From Acidobacteriota bacterium (GTDB lineage Bacteria; Acidobacteriota; Thermoanaerobaculia; Multivoradales; Multivoraceae): DNA of 64,000 bases. Positions 25,915 through 37,879 of this stretch are shown here, piece by piece. Made by a program: the position numbers and the translations under genes. The notes below the pieces were generated by a model. It saw only the letters and a program-made list of their open reading frames with translations. It was not told the origin of the DNA and ran no database searches. The stretch covers positions 7,622-71,621 of the forward strand of contig JAPPFP010000023.1 in assembly GCA_028877275.1 (NCBI GenBank), given 5' to 3'. Positions within the stretch are counted from its first letter, which is position 1, and each line of letters opens with the position of its first letter.

Positions 25915-28066
25915 TCGGCTGGTTTCGCAAGCTCACCGAAGCCCGGTTCAGGATCGCCACCCAGCTCTACGTTGGCATCGGCGGCGCGGCCGCCTTGACG
26001 CTGGCGGCCAGCCTGGTGGCGCTGTTCGCCTTCGCTCAGGTCGGCGATTCGCAGAACCGGGTCACCCAGGGAACGGTGCCGGAACTGGCGGCTGCCTTCG
26101 GCGTCGCCCAGGGCAGCGGAACGCTGGTGGCGGCGGGCCCGAGGCTGACCGCGACGGCGAACCAGGACGAACTGACTCGGACTGGCGTCGAGATCGCGCC
26201 GGCGCAGCGGGCCTTCGAGGAGCAACTCGAGGCCCTGATGAGCCGGGGGATGGCGTCCGAGGCGTCGCTTGGCGGCGACGCGGAGATCCTGAGCATCCAG
26301 GCGCGTGGCGGAGAGCTCATCGGCAACATCGCGGCGATCCAGGAGTCGGTGGCGGAGGGCTTCGAACTGAGCGCGGACAGCGAGGCGCTGCGGCTGGAAC
26401 TCGAGTCGCTCCACAGCCGGATCGAGGCGCTTCTGGTGCCTGCCCTTGATGATCAACTGTTCTACGCGATGACGGGCTTTCGGTCGTTTGAGCAGCCGCC
26501 CGCGTCCCGTGAGGTCCACTTCTCGGAACCGGAGATCGACCGCTACCGTGTGCTGATCGGACTCCAGCAGGACGTCACGATCATCGATCAGCTCCTGAAC
26601 AGTCTGGCGGTGCTGACCGACCGGCCGCTGATCGAGCCGGTCGAGGAACGGTACGAGTCGGCGGCGACGAGCATTGAGCGCGCCCTCAGCGCGATCGACG
26701 AGACCGCGACCTCGGACCGGTTGCAGGGGCTATTCGGTGAGATGCTGGCGAAGAGCCGTACCGCCTTCGACCTGAGGCGACAGGAAGTCGACGTGCTCGA
26801 CCGGCAGCAGGCACTGCTGGAGGAGAACCAGAACCTGGCCGTCGAACTCGGTGGCGACGTCGAGAGTCTGGTCGCCGCCTCGCGGGCCCGTACCGATGCG
26901 GCGACCGATGCCGCGTCCCAGGCGATCCGCACCGGGCGCGCGCTGCTTCTGGGGCTCAACGTCCTGAGCATCGCCGGAGCGGTCTTCATCGGCTGGTTGT
27001 TCGTCGGACGGCTCCTGGTGCGGCGGTTCGAGGCGCTCTCGAGCAGCATGCTGGAGATGGCCGGAGGCAACCTGGAAGCCGAGATCGGGATTGGCGGCAA
27101 GGACGAGGTCGCCGACATGGCCGCGGCTCTCGAGGTCTTTCGCCGTCACGCGCTGGAAGTGCAGCGGCTGAACCTGGTCGAGAAGCTGGCGGACGAACTG
27201 AAGGAGAAGAACGACGAGCTGGAGGTCGTGCTGGTCGATCTGCAGAAGGCCCAGGACCAGATCGTGATGCGCGAGAAGCTCGCGGCGCTGGGCGAGTTGA
27301 CGGCGGGCGTCGCCCACGAGATCAAGAACCCTCTCAACTTCGTCAAGAATTTCTCCGAGGTGTCCTCGGAACTCCTGGAAGAGGTCGACGAGATCATGAA
27401 GGAGAACGAGGACGGCAGCCTGAGCGAAGACCAGCGGGAGGAGATCGGAGAGATCTTCGAGGATCTGAGCGGCAACCTGAAGCTGATCCAGAACCACGGT
27501 GAGCGCGCCAACCGGATCGTCACCGACATGCTGAAGATGGGCCGGGGCGCCGCCGGTCGTGAGGAGGCGGATATCAACCGTCTCGTCGACGAGCACATCG
27601 GGCTCGCGTACCACAGCGCCCGGGCTTCCGACTCGGAGTTCAACCTCACCATCGAGAAGGACTTCGATCCGGACCTGGGCACCCTGGAGGTCGTGTCCCA
27701 GGACGTGGGCCGTGTGTTCCTCAATCTGGTCGGCAACGCCTGCTACGCCACGAACGAGAAGCGGCTCACCACCGACGATGAGGCCTACGAGCCGACGCTC
27801 ACCGTGACGACGCGAAGGATGGACGACGGCGTCGAGGTCCGGATCCGGGACAACGGCGACGGGATTCCGCAGGACATCGTGGACAAGATCTTCAACCCGT
27901 TCTTCACGACCAAGCCGACCGACCAGGGGACGGGCCTTGGTCTGGCGCTCTCGGCCGACATCGTCCGCGAGCACGGCGGCATGATCCGGGTCGATACGGT
28001 GCCGGGCGAGTTCACGGAGATGATCGTCGAGCTGTCCGCGGCGCCCCCCGACATCGAGCTCCCTTG

Positions 28067-28067
<1 letters not shown>
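25911..28067 (+). CDS. Sensor histidine kinase (helical TorS-like periplasmic domain, HAMP, HisKA, HATPase)
   Basis: Two TM helices; HAMP DEVADMA; [10 protein letters not shown]-box; DNGDGIP, FFTTKP, GTGLGL. Confidence 0.9.
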
Positions 28068-28804
<737 letters not shown>

Positions 28805-28808
28805 GACG

Positions 28809-31178
28809 ATGAGAGCACTCGACCGCAAACTGCTGCGCGACCTCTGGAACGTTCGGTCCCAGGTACTGGCGATCGCCCTGGTCGTCTCGTCAGGGATCGC
28901 GCTGCTGGTCATGGCGCAGGGAGTGTTCGGCTCGCTGCTCACGACCCGCGACGCCTACTACACCCGCTACTCCTTCGCCGACGTGTTCGCCGGCGCCAAG
29001 CGCGTCCCCAACTGGATCGAGGAGCGCATCGCGGCGATCCCGGGAGTCAGGCAGGTCCAGACCCGGGTGGTGGTGAGCGTCTCGCTGGACGTGCCCGAAG
29101 TCACCGATCCGATCAATGGACGTCTGATCTCCCTGCCGGACCGCGGCCGGCCGGCGCTCAACGATGTCGCGCTGCGCCGCGGGCGGTTCCTGGACCCGGA
29201 CCGGGCGGAGGAGGCCCTGGTTGGCGAGCGCTTCGCCGAAGCTCACGGGCTCGACCTGGGCGATCGCCTGTTCGCGGTCATCAACGGTCGCCGCCAGCCC
29301 CTGGAGATCGTCGGCGTCGCGCTCAGCCCGGAGTTCGTCTACGGCATCGGTCCGGGAGAACTGTTTCCGGATCCGAAGCACTTCGGCTTCCTGTGGATGA
29401 CCCGGCGGCACCTGGCCACCGCGTTCGAGATGGAGGGCGGGTTCAACGACGTGGCCCTGACGCTGACCGACCGCTCGCCCAGCCTCGAGCGCGCGGTGAT
29501 CGTCGAACTCGACGCGATTCTCGATCCCTACGGCGGTCTGGGCGCGATTCCACGTGCGGACCAGACCTCGAACTGGTACCTCCAGAACGAGTTGACGCAG
29601 CTCGAGAACATGGGACTCCTGGTGCCGTTGATCTTCATCGCCGTGGCCACGTTCCTGCTCAACGTGGTCCTGCGGCGAACGGTCGCGGTGCAGCGCGAAC
29701 AGATCGCGGCGCTCAAGGCTCTCGGCTATTCGAACGTCCGGCTCGGCGTCCACTACGTGCAGTGGGCCGTCGTCGTGGTGGCCCTCGGCGCCCTGCTCGG
29801 GATCGGCGCCGGCCTGTTGCTGGCCGAAGCGATGCTAGGCCTCTACATGGAGTACTTCCGCTTCCCCCTCCTGATCTACAACGTGTCGGCGTCGAGCATC
29901 CTGATCGCCGTCGGAGTGAGCCTCGTCGCCGCGACGGTGGGCGCCCTGGGCGCGGTGCGCAGCGTCGTCTCGCTGCCGCCCGCCGAAGCGATGCGCCCGG
30001 CGGCGCCCGAGACCTTCCGGGTCTCCCTGTTCGAACGGCTGGGCGCCCGGCGATGGTTGTCGCAGCCCGCGAGGATGGTGCTCCGCAACCTGTCGCGACG
30101 CCCGGTGCGGGCGGGCCTGTCGATTGTGGGCATCGCCTTCGCCGGCGCGATCATGGTCGTGGGCTCGGCGATGATGGATTCGATGGACGAACTGCTCGAA
30201 GTGCAGTTCAACATCATCCAGCGCCAGGACCTGTCGGTGAGCTTCTTCGAGCCGGTCGAACGAAGCGCGGTGCACGAACTCGCGGCCCTCTCCGGCGTGC
30301 TGCAGGTGGAGCCGACCAACGGTATCGCCGCGCGGCTGCGCAACGGCCACCTGCAGAAGCAGACGGCGATCCAGGCGCTGGCGCCCGATGCCAGGTTGCA
30401 GCGCGTGGTCGATGTGGACTATCGCGCCATCCGGCTCGACCGGCCGGGTCTCGTCCTGTCCACGCTGCTGGCGGAGCAGTTGCAGGTCGAGCCGGGCGAC
30501 ACGCTGATGGTCGAGATCATGGAAGACGGCAGGCCGGTGCGCGAGGTCGTGCTGACCGATACGGTCGACGACCTGCTCGGCGTGACGGCGTACATGGAGC
30601 AGGAGTCGCTCCGGCGGCTGGTGCGGCGCGACGACACGATCAGCGGCGCGATGCTCAAGATCGACGCGCTGGCCGAGGAACGACTGTTCGGCCTGCTGAA
30701 GGCGATGCCGGCGGTGGCCGGCGTGACCTTGCGCAGCGCCGCGCTCGAGAACATCCAGACCTACATGCTCGACAATATGTCGATGATGATGAGCGTCAAC
30801 CTGCTCTTCGCGGTGATCATCGCCTTCGGCGTCATCTACAACACGGCGCGGATCTCCCTGTCCGAGACCAGCCGTGAACTCGCCAGCCTGCGGGTGATCG
30901 GCTTCACCCGCGGCGAGATCTCCTCGATCCTGCTGGGCGAGCTCGGGATCCTCACCGTGGCCTCGATTCCACTCGGTTTGCTCCTCGGCTACGGCATGAT
31001 CGCCGGCGTGATGAGCGCTTTCGAGAGCGAGCTGTTCCGGTTGCCGGTGGTGGTCGACCCGAACACGTTCCTGGTTTCCGCGGCGACCGTTCTCGGATCG
31101 ATGGCCGTGTCGGCCTGGACCGTTCGGCGTAAGCTCCACGAACTCGATCTGGTCGCGGTTCTCAAGACCCGCGAGTAG
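28809..31178 (+). CDS. FtsX/MacB-like ABC permease (duplicated domains)
   Basis: KLLRDL start; IAALKALG and LASLRVIG repeats; ends VLKTRE. Confidence 0.88.
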   Translation: MRALDRKLLRDLWNVRSQVLAIALVVSSGIALLVMAQGVFGSLLTTRDAYYTRYSFADVFAGAKRVPNWIEERIAAIPGVRQVQTRVVVSVSLDVPEVTDPINGRLISLPDRGRPALNDVALRRGRFLDPDRAEEALVGERFAEAHGLDLGDRLFAVINGRRQPLEIVGVALSPEFVYGIGPGELFPDPKHFGFLWMTRRHLATAFEMEGGFNDVALTLTDRSPSLERAVIVELDAILDPYGGLGAIPRADQTSNWYLQNELTQLENMGLLVPLIFIAVATFLLNVVLRRTVAVQREQIAALKALGYSNVRLGVHYVQWAVVVVALGALLGIGAGLLLAEAMLGLYMEYFRFPLLIYNVSASSILIAVGVSLVAATVGALGAVRSVVSLPPAEAMRPAAPETFRVSLFERLGARRWLSQPARMVLRNLSRRPVRAGLSIVGIAFAGAIMVVGSAMMDSMDELLEVQFNIIQRQDLSVSFFEPVERSAVHELAALSGVLQVEPTNGIAARLRNGHLQKQTAIQALAPDARLQRVVDVDYRAIRLDRPGLVLSTLLAEQLQVEPGDTLMVEIMEDGRPVREVVLTDTVDDLLGVTAYMEQESLRRLVRRDDTISGAMLKIDALAEERLFGLLKAMPAVAGVTLRSAALENIQTYMLDNMSMMMSVNLLFAVIIAFGVIYNTARISLSETSRELASLRVIGFTRGEISSILLGELGILTVASIPLGLLLGYGMIAGVMSAFESELFRLPVVVDPNTFLVSAATVLGSMAVSAWTVRRKLHELDLVAVLKTRE

Positions 31179-31191
31179 GAAGAAGGAACTG

Positions 31192-32394
31192 ATGATGACG
31201 CGGCGCTGGGTGTTGTGGGGCGTGGGCTTGGTCGTGGTCGCGGCCGCCGCGTTTCTCGGCACGCGCCCGCAGCCGGTCCCGGCGGAGCTCGCGCAGGTGA
31301 CGCGAGGACCGCTGGAGGTGACGATCGACGAGGAGGGCGAGACCAGGGTCCGGGACCGCTTCGTCATCTCGGCGCCGCTCGCCGGCCGCGTGCTGCGAAT
31401 CGAACTCGAACCGGGTGATGTCGTGGTGGCTGGCGAGACGGTGCTCGCGATCTTCCTGCCGTCCGCGCCGGTGCTTCTCGACGCCCGTAGCCGGGCCGAG
31501 GCGGAGGCGGTAGTGCAGACCGCGACCGCCGCGCTCGGCCAGGCCGAGGCGCACTACGAGCGGGCGGCGGCCGAACTCGCCTACTCGCGCTCCGAGGCGG
31601 GACGCTATCTGCGGCTGAGTCAGGAGGGAATCGTCTCGGTCGAGACGATGGAGAGCGCCCAGCTCGACCTCGACACCCGGCAGGAAGCCGTCGAGGCAGC
31701 CGACTACGCGGTGCGCACGGCCCGCAGCGAGTTGCAGGCGGCGCGGGTCCGACTGCTGCGGTTCAGCGCCGAGAGCGCCGAGGACATGAACGGCACGGCA
31801 ATCCGGATCGTGTCGCCGGTTTCGGGTGTCGTGCTTCGTCGCGTGCGCGAGAGCGAGTCCGTCGTGCCGGCTGGCGAAGCCCTGCTCGAGGTCGGCGATC
31901 CGGCGCAGATCGAAGTGGTGACGGACTACCTGTCGAAGGACGCCGTCCGGATGCGCTCGGGACAGCGCGTACTGATCGATCGATGGGGTGGCGATCGCCC
32001 GCTGCAGGGCCGGCTGCGCCGGGTGGAACCGTCGGGCTTCACGAAGATCTCGGCGCTCGGCGTGGAAGAGCAGCGGGTGAACGTGGTCATCGACATCGTC
32101 GATCCGCCTGCGGTCTGGGCCGGCCTGGGCGATGGCTTCCGGGTCGAAACCCGGGTCGTCGTCTGGGAGAGCGGAGACGAACTGAAGGCGCCGACCGGGG
32201 CGTTGTTCCGGCGCGACGAGAACTGGGCGGTGTTCGCGATCGCGGGAGGCCGCGCGACCCTTCGGGAGATCGAGGTCGGCGAGCGGAACGCGCGGGAAGC
32301 CCAGGTTCTTGGCGGCCTTGAGCCCGGCGAGCAGGTCGTGGTCTATCCGAGCGACAGTCTGAGCGACGGCTCGCCGGTCTCGGCCGAACTCTGA
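31192..32394 (+). CDS. HlyD/MacA family periplasmic adaptor subunit
   Basis: N-terminal TM; SAPLAGRV, SPVSGVVL, FTKISALGVEEQRV. Confidence 0.88.
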   Translation: MMTRRWVLWGVGLVVVAAAAFLGTRPQPVPAELAQVTRGPLEVTIDEEGETRVRDRFVISAPLAGRVLRIELEPGDVVVAGETVLAIFLPSAPVLLDARSRAEAEAVVQTATAALGQAEAHYERAAAELAYSRSEAGRYLRLSQEGIVSVETMESAQLDLDTRQEAVEAADYAVRTARSELQAARVRLLRFSAESAEDMNGTAIRIVSPVSGVVLRRVRESESVVPAGEALLEVGDPAQIEVVTDYLSKDAVRMRSGQRVLIDRWGGDRPLQGRLRRVEPSGFTKISALGVEEQRVNVVIDIVDPPAVWAGLGDGFRVETRVVVWESGDELKAPTGALFRRDENWAVFAIAGGRATLREIEVGERNAREAQVLGGLEPGEQVVVYPSDSLSDGSPVSAEL

Positions 32395-32407
32395 GCGCCG
32401 CGGCGGT

Positions 32408-33538
32408 TCACGAGGAAAGGGGGTCGATGACGCCCTCCGCGAACTCGTGGAGCATCGCCATCTCCTCGTCCTGCTCGAACCAGCCGACGTGGTGCCAGAG
32501 GAAGAACTCTTCGATGCCGAACGTCTCGTTGAGCCGCCCCACGTGGTCGAGCACCTGCTGGCGTGACCCCATCCACAGCCGGCCCATCGGCACGTGGTAG
32601 GGAGGAGCGTTGTAGGCGAAGTTGAACAGCCACTCGAAGCCTTCGTAGAGCTTCTGCGTCTCGGCCGGGTTTCGTCCCATGATCAGGTGTCCGCCCAGGG
32701 CGAGCATGTCGTTGGGACCGATGATCCGGCCGTGTTGCAGCGCTTCCTCCAGGCAGACGTCCAGGGTCAGGGGGATGAACTCCTCCTTCGACTCGTTGAA
32801 CATGCCCATCATCTTGCCGCCCTCGCGGGCCCAGAACTTCGCTGTCCCCATGCTGTAGCTGAACGGCGCGTAGACCGGCGGGTGCGGGTCGTTCTGCAGC
32901 GGGCGGGGAACGATCCCGATCTCCTTCAGCGTGCCTTCACTGGTGATCGACCCGGGCGACCATTCGCTCGTGGGTGCGAACGTCCAGTCCATCGCCGGCG
33001 GCGCCTGCCAGAACTCGCCCGAGATGCTGACCACCTCCTGCGTCCAGAGCGCCTTCACGAGGCGCCAGTTCTCCTCGAACGCGCGGCGGTTGCGTCGGTC
33101 CACTTCCGACTTGTCGGAGTGTGTCGCCGTGATCCCGATGTGCTGGCCGAACGTGCCGGTCCACCTTGGCGTGTTGCCCCTGGTGAAGCCGGCGAACATG
33201 CGGCCGCCGGTGAAGTGGTCGAGCATCGCCAGGTTCTCGGCCAATTGAATCGGGTTGACCGCTGTCAGGTTCATGCCGAGCTGGCCGACGCGCATCCGCT
33301 CGGTGTGCTGGGCGACGAAGTAGTCCCAGAACAGCGGATTCGTCGTCGTCTCGATCCCTTCCACCTGCAAGTGCTGCTCGGTCATGCAGAAGCCCGTGTA
33401 GCCGACCGACTCGGCGAATGTCATCTGGGTCCGGAGATTCGCCATCAGCGCCTGAAACCGGTTCGGGTCCGATCCTGCGCGGCCGACCCGTTCGCCGAGG
33501 CGTCTCATGTAGGGGATGGCGAGGATGACGAACTCCAT
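32408..33538 (-). CDS. LLM-class flavin-dependent monooxygenase (luciferase-like)
   Basis: ATG at 33538 overlaps the Rieske gene stop; MTEQH, LAENLAMLDHFTGGR, PRPLQ..HPP. Confidence 0.85.
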   Translation of the reverse strand: MEFVILAIPYMRRLGERVGRAGSDPNRFQALMANLRTQMTFAESVGYTGFCMTEQHLQVEGIETTTNPLFWDYFVAQHTERMRVGQLGMNLTAVNPIQLAENLAMLDHFTGGRMFAGFTRGNTPRWTGTFGQHIGITATHSDKSEVDRRNRRAFEENWRLVKALWTQEVVSISGEFWQAPPAMDWTFAPTSEWSPGSITSEGTLKEIGIVPRPLQNDPHPPVYAPFSYSMGTAKFWAREGGKMMGMFNESKEEFIPLTLDVCLEEALQHGRIIGPNDMLALGGHLIMGRNPAETQKLYEGFEWLFNFAYNAPPYHVPMGRLWMGSRQQVLDHVGRLNETFGIEEFFLWHHVGWFEQDEEMAMLHEFAEGVIDPLSS

Positions 33539-34716
33539 CAGCCGCCCACCTTGCCGGCATCCCCGTTCAGGTAGTCCAGCACGCTCTGCTGAAAGTGCAT
33601 GATCGGCGACTCCGCGCCGAAGCCGGCGGCCATGGGACCGACCTTGAACTTCGGGGACCGCAGGTTGCGCTGGATCATCTCGCAGATCCACATGTCCTCG
33701 AGCTGGAAGTTGCCGGACTCCATCGGGTGCCCCTCCTGATTCGCCAGGCTGATCAGCGTGGGCGCCTTGCCCGCTTCGGCGCGTGAGGCCGATCCGTACG
33801 TCGTCCAGCTCTGCGTCCACATGGTCGTGAGGTCCGGGGTCTTCGGTTCCAGCACCGAGACGTGAAAGCCCCAGGGGCTCGGCGACAGGATCGTCAGTGG
33901 AAAGAGCATGACCACGCCCGGATAGAAGCTCTCCTCGTGGCCCGGCAGGCGGGTCGCCCCCGCGCCGTCGGCGAGTTCGGCCGACAGCACGGTGGACGAT
34001 TGCGGATCCCCTTCCCGCTCGGTCGAGTACCAGACGGTGTGTCGGCCCACGGGATGCCACACGTTCCGGTCGGGATAGACGCTACCCAGCGTCTTGTTGT
34101 GGAGATAGCCGAGGTGGTAGCCGTCGATCGCGTTCTCGTAGAAGACCTTCCAGTTGCAGTGCATCTCATAGCGGACATCGCCCGCGTAGCTCAGGCTGCC
34201 GTCGGCCAGGTCGTGGGGCCAGGCGTGGTCGTCGAGTCCGGCGATCCACTCGTCGAACGGTTCGGGCGGTTCCGGATCGGGATTCACGTAGACCATGCCG
34301 CGATGGGCGCCGACCGCGGCTCGATGGAGCGAGAGGTTCTCGCGAGGGACGGCGCCGAAACACTCCGCTTCGTTGGGCACGCCGTGCAGGGCGCCGTTCG
34401 TCTCGTAGGTCCAGCGGTGGTACGGGCAGCGGATCGTGCTGCCCAGGTTGCCGCTGCCTTCGACGATCTCGCAGCCGCGGTGGCGGCAGACGTTGTGGAA
34501 GGCCTGGAGCTCCCCGGCCCCGTCCCGGAGCACGAACAGGGAGTGGTTCATCACGCGGCAGGTACGGAAGTCCCCGGGTTGCTTCAGGTCCTGCTCGGTG
34601 GCGGCCCAGACCCAGGAGCGGTCGAACAGGCCGTCGACTTCACGGTCCAGCCACTCGGCGTCGAAGTAGGCCTCGGGCGGAAGGATCTGACGGGGATGAT
34701 CGAAGGGTGTACTCAC
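33538..34716 (-). CDS. Rieske non-heme iron oxygenase alpha subunit (choline monooxygenase/CntA-like group)
   Basis: CRHRG...CPYHRW Rieske motif; NWKVFYENAIDGYH..YLH; ED..ICE..Q. Confidence 0.88.
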   Translation of the reverse strand: MSTPFDHPRQILPPEAYFDAEWLDREVDGLFDRSWVWAATEQDLKQPGDFRTCRVMNHSLFVLRDGAGELQAFHNVCRHRGCEIVEGSGNLGSTIRCPYHRWTYETNGALHGVPNEAECFGAVPRENLSLHRAAVGAHRGMVYVNPDPEPPEPFDEWIAGLDDHAWPHDLADGSLSYAGDVRYEMHCNWKVFYENAIDGYHLGYLHNKTLGSVYPDRNVWHPVGRHTVWYSTEREGDPQSSTVLSAELADGAGATRLPGHEESFYPGVVMLFPLTILSPSPWGFHVSVLEPKTPDLTTMWTQSWTTYGSASRAEAGKAPTLISLANQEGHPMESGNFQLEDMWICEMIQRNLRSPKFKVGPMAAGFGAESPIMHFQQSVLDYLNGDAGKVGG

Positions 34717-35285
34717 GGCTGCTCCTCCTTTCCGAGTCCGTGCAGCAGGGTTCTGGCGGCCAGGTGCGCCGCGTCCGCCGCGGCGACGCGGCCCGAGGCG
34801 ACTTCGTTCCAGGCGGTCCAGATGAGTTGGTCGATCTGCGCGACGACCCAGGCGGTCGGTACGTCGGCCGCGACGGCGCCCTCGGCCTTGAGCTCGCCGA
34901 CCAGCGTTCCGACCCGGTCGAGCTGCTGACGGTACTCGGCGGTTGTGTGTTCGTCACCGATGTCCGCGCGATAGAGGAAGCTGTAGCGGTCCCCCAGGGG
35001 GATGACCGCCTCGAACATGCGTTGCAGTTGCCGGCTGGCGCTCGCGCTCCGGTCGATGGCCGCGGCCACTGCTTCGTTCGTCTCCTCGATACAGATCTCG
35101 GCCAGCACCGTGAGCAGGTCGTCGCGGTTCCTGAAGTGCCGGTGGAGCGTCGCGCGCCCGACTCCGGCGTTAAGGGCGACCTCGCTGAAAGTCGCTCCCG
35201 GGTTGCGCGACCAGAGGCGGATTGCGGCGTCGACGATGGCGTCGCGGGCGGTTGGACGTGGGCTGGGACTCAGGGCTGATCTCAT
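34713..35285 (-). CDS. TetR family transcriptional regulator
   Basis: HTH motif VALNAGVGRATLHRHF. Start placed at ATG 35285 because GAGGT lies 6 nt upstream and the ATG at 35312 is too close to the -10 box. Confidence 0.88.
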   Translation of the reverse strand: MRSALSPSPRPTARDAIVDAAIRLWSRNPGATFSEVALNAGVGRATLHRHFRNRDDLLTVLAEICIEETNEAVAAAIDRSASASRQLQRMFEAVIPLGDRYSFLYRADIGDEHTTAEYRQQLDRVGTLVGELKAEGAVAADVPTAWVVAQIDQLIWTAWNEVASGRVAAADAAHLAARTLLHGLGKEEQP

Positions 35286-35315
35286 GCGTTTACCTCGACG
35301 AGCGTTTCGCATTCA

Positions 35316-35345
35316 TATGATACAAAGATGCCTCATACGATGCAA
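35316..35345 (-). promoter_or_regulatory. Sigma70 promoter with overlapping TetR operator
   Basis: Minus strand TTGCAT (35345-35340), 17-nt spacer, TATCAT (35322-35317). Imperfect palindrome TATGATACA-AAGA-TGCCTCATA at 35316-35337 matches at 7 of 9 positions. Confidence 0.75.
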
Positions 35346-35377
35346 CTAGAGTTTCACATGATCCCGATCTCACTCAG

Positions 35378-36781
35378 TCAGCTCTGATCCTCTGCGCCAG
35401 CGAGCATGGCGAGGTTCTCCTGGTGCCGGTGGCGACTCAGCCGGTAGTAGCGGAGGGCGTAGATGGCGGCGACGTAGAGAAAGGCAAGCACCGGGCCGTA
35501 GAGCCATCCCAGGCGGTCGACCATCTCCTGGTCGATCGCGGAGACGTCCGCGTCGGTCGGGAAGCTGATCGCGGTCAGCAGGAGGCCCCCGATCCAGATT
35601 CCCAGGCCGGTTGCCACCTTGCCCGTGAAGGAGAGAACGGAGGACACGAGTCCCTCTTCCCGCCGGCCGGTGGCCACAGCCCGGGCGTCGACGATGTCCG
35701 CCACCATGGAGGCGCCTACCGTGCTCGTCATGACGATCAGGGCCACCTGGACGACGCCGACCGCGACCATCAGCGGAAAGAGTGCCGAGTGGCCGACCGG
35801 CGGAAACCCGCCGAGCAGCGCGAGGATGACCGGGCCGCTGCCGACCAGGAGCGACAGGATCGAGAGTCGGATCAGCACCGCCTTCTTGTCGCGGCCGCGA
35901 CTGGCGGTCGGCAGGAGCAGGACGGCCAGGAGCGGCGATGCCAGTTGAGCCGCCAGGATGGTGCTTGTCTGTGTGCTGTCGAAGCCCCAGAACCAGGGTT
36001 GCATGTAGGCCCACATCGCGGTCGCCGTGCCGCTGGCCGCGGCGGTCAGCGCGGTCGAGGCGACAATCGCGGCCAGACTGCCGTCTCGCAGGGTCGCCAG
36101 GCTCTCGCCGAGGACCCGCCGGGCCGAGGCTGCTCCGGGCGGTGGTGGAGCGAGCGTGGGAATGTGCCGGTGGGTGGCGGCCGCGGCCAGCGCGAGGCAG
36201 AGGCAGAGCGCGCAGGCGGTGACCAGGCCGGCCTGCTCATAGCCCGCGCGTCGCAGGATGCCCGCGCCGTCGGGATAGTCCGGGGTATCGGCCAGCCACC
36301 AGACATACATCGAAACCGCCATCAGGGTGCCGAAGAACCAGCCGCCGGCATAGGAGTAGTTCATCAGGCGCGTACGATCCTCGTAGCCCGGCGCGAGTTC
36401 CGGCAGCAGCGCGTTGAAGGGGACCGTGTGCATCGTCAGCGCCAGGCGCAGCGCGATGGTGAAGCCGGCGAGCCACAGGAACATGGCCGTTCGACCCAGG
36501 TCGGGAGGCGCCCAGAGCAGGTAGTAGCAGACCGGGATCGGGAGCACCGCGCCGTAGAGAAAGGGATGGCGCCGCCCCAGGCGGCTCCGTAGCCGGTCCG
36601 ACCAGCGCCCTACCAGGGGATCGGACACCGCATCGACGACGAGCGCAAGCAGAAGGGCGGAACCCGCCAGCGCCGGGTCCAGGCCGATCACCTGGCTGTA
36701 GTAGATGAGGAGAAAGAAGGAGATGCCGTTGCTGACCAGGCCGCCGGCCGTTCCCGAGGCGGTGAAGGCGGCTCGGTCCAA
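35378..36781 (-). CDS. MFS transporter, GPH (MelB-like) family
   Basis: DAVSDPLVGRWSDRLRSRLGRRHPF; ADIVD..A..TGRREEG; about 12 TM helices. Start codon uncertain. Confidence 0.85.
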   Translation of the reverse strand: MDRAAFTASGTAGGLVSNGISFFLLIYYSQVIGLDPALAGSALLLALVVDAVSDPLVGRWSDRLRSRLGRRHPFLYGAVLPIPVCYYLLWAPPDLGRTAMFLWLAGFTIALRLALTMHTVPFNALLPELAPGYEDRTRLMNYSYAGGWFFGTLMAVSMYVWWLADTPDYPDGAGILRRAGYEQAGLVTACALCLCLALAAAATHRHIPTLAPPPPGAASARRVLGESLATLRDGSLAAIVASTALTAAASGTATAMWAYMQPWFWGFDSTQTSTILAAQLASPLLAVLLLPTASRGRDKKAVLIRLSILSLLVGSGPVILALLGGFPPVGHSALFPLMVAVGVVQVALIVMTSTVGASMVADIVDARAVATGRREEGLVSSVLSFTGKVATGLGIWIGGLLLTAISFPTDADVSAIDQEMVDRLGWLYGPVLAFLYVAAIYALRYYRLSRHRHQENLAMLAGAEDQS

Positions 36782-36834
36782 CGCGGGCGCTAACCGTCTT
36801 CAGAGAAACCGGGCGACGCGCACGCTGGGCGGGG

Positions 36835-37785
36835 TCACTCGGCGATCTGGAACGGCGCCGACCACTCCATCGATCCCCAGCGGATCGTCAGCATGCCGCC
36901 AGCGCCGTCCACTTCCAGCACACCCTCCGTGTGCTCCGCAGGTTCAGCAAGGGTGCGGAAGGCCAGTGGCGTTTCGCCGGCATCGTGTTCGGCCATGTGC
37001 ATCGTGCCCCAGACGTCGGCCAGGTGGTTGAAGACGAGCTTCCAGCCATCTCCCTCGCGCTTGAGCCACAGACTGTAGACGCCGGGGTAGGTCGGACCGT
37101 GGTTGTGGGCGGCGATCCGTGCGTCCTCGAACGCGAGGTCGGCGTCGGTCCAGAACTTGAACGGCTTGCCGTAGATCGGTCCCAGGACTTCGCCGTCGGC
37201 CAGAGACTCGAGTTCGTCGTAGTCGGGACCGGGAGCCGGCAGGCGGTCGGAGCGGAGCCGGATCGCCTGTCCGTCGACCTCGACCCGGGAGAGGGCCAGA
37301 TCGTCATCGTCTCCGACCGGTTGACGCTCGACGATGATCCCGGCCGCCTCGGCCGCTTCCTTCGTTACTCCCTTGACATCGGCGTTGAAGAAGCCGGTCT
37401 CGAGTTTCCCGGTCAGGCCGTCCCCGTCGCGCGCGAGGTCCATCTCGACCGGCACGAGCTGGCCGCCGAAGTCCAGGTTCCACTTGAGCTGGACGCCCGT
37501 TTCCGTCCGGCTGATGTTCTCGATCACGACGTCGGCCAGACGCGACAGGTAGAAGTCGGCGGTCGCCTTGCCGTCGTCGTCGGCAAAGGTGATCAGGCTG
37601 TTGAGCGAGCCTTGCTGGGTGAGCACCTCGAGCACCCACTCGCCGAGGAACGGTTCGATCTCGCTGGTGTCGGCGCGCGGCGTCTCGGATGGCGGCGGAG
37701 GTTCCTGGGCCAGGCCCGGGCCGGCCAGCAGCAGCGCGGTCAGGAACGGGAGGATGCTGGGTCTGCGATGGGGGTTTCGTGCCAT
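36835..37785 (-). CDS. Secreted protein with C-terminal DUF2911-like domain
   Basis: Signal peptide ending GLA-Q; GVYSLW...WKLVFN...WGT...IRW pattern. Confidence 0.6.
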   Translation of the reverse strand: MARNPHRRPSILPFLTALLLAGPGLAQEPPPPSETPRADTSEIEPFLGEWVLEVLTQQGSLNSLITFADDDGKATADFYLSRLADVVIENISRTETGVQLKWNLDFGGQLVPVEMDLARDGDGLTGKLETGFFNADVKGVTKEAAEAAGIIVERQPVGDDDDLALSRVEVDGQAIRLRSDRLPAPGPDYDELESLADGEVLGPIYGKPFKFWTDADLAFEDARIAAHNHGPTYPGVYSLWLKREGDGWKLVFNHLADVWGTMHMAEHDAGETPLAFRTLAEPAEHTEGVLEVDGAGGMLTIRWGSMEWSAPFQIAE

Positions 37786-37879
37786 GCCGGGAGAGTTCTC
37801 CTGGTGAACGGGGATTCCTGTGGGCAGGTCCGGGCGCCTGCGACGGGCGAGTCTACTAGCAGCGGACGCGTCGCCCGAC

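Noticed and set aside
36782-36838. GTG overlapping the upstream stop, in frame with the MFS gene but interrupted by TGA at codon 13
   Set aside because: Could be a nonsense mutation or readthrough, but the downstream TTG start gives an apparently complete transporter and I see no SECIS-like evidence; chance is sufficient.
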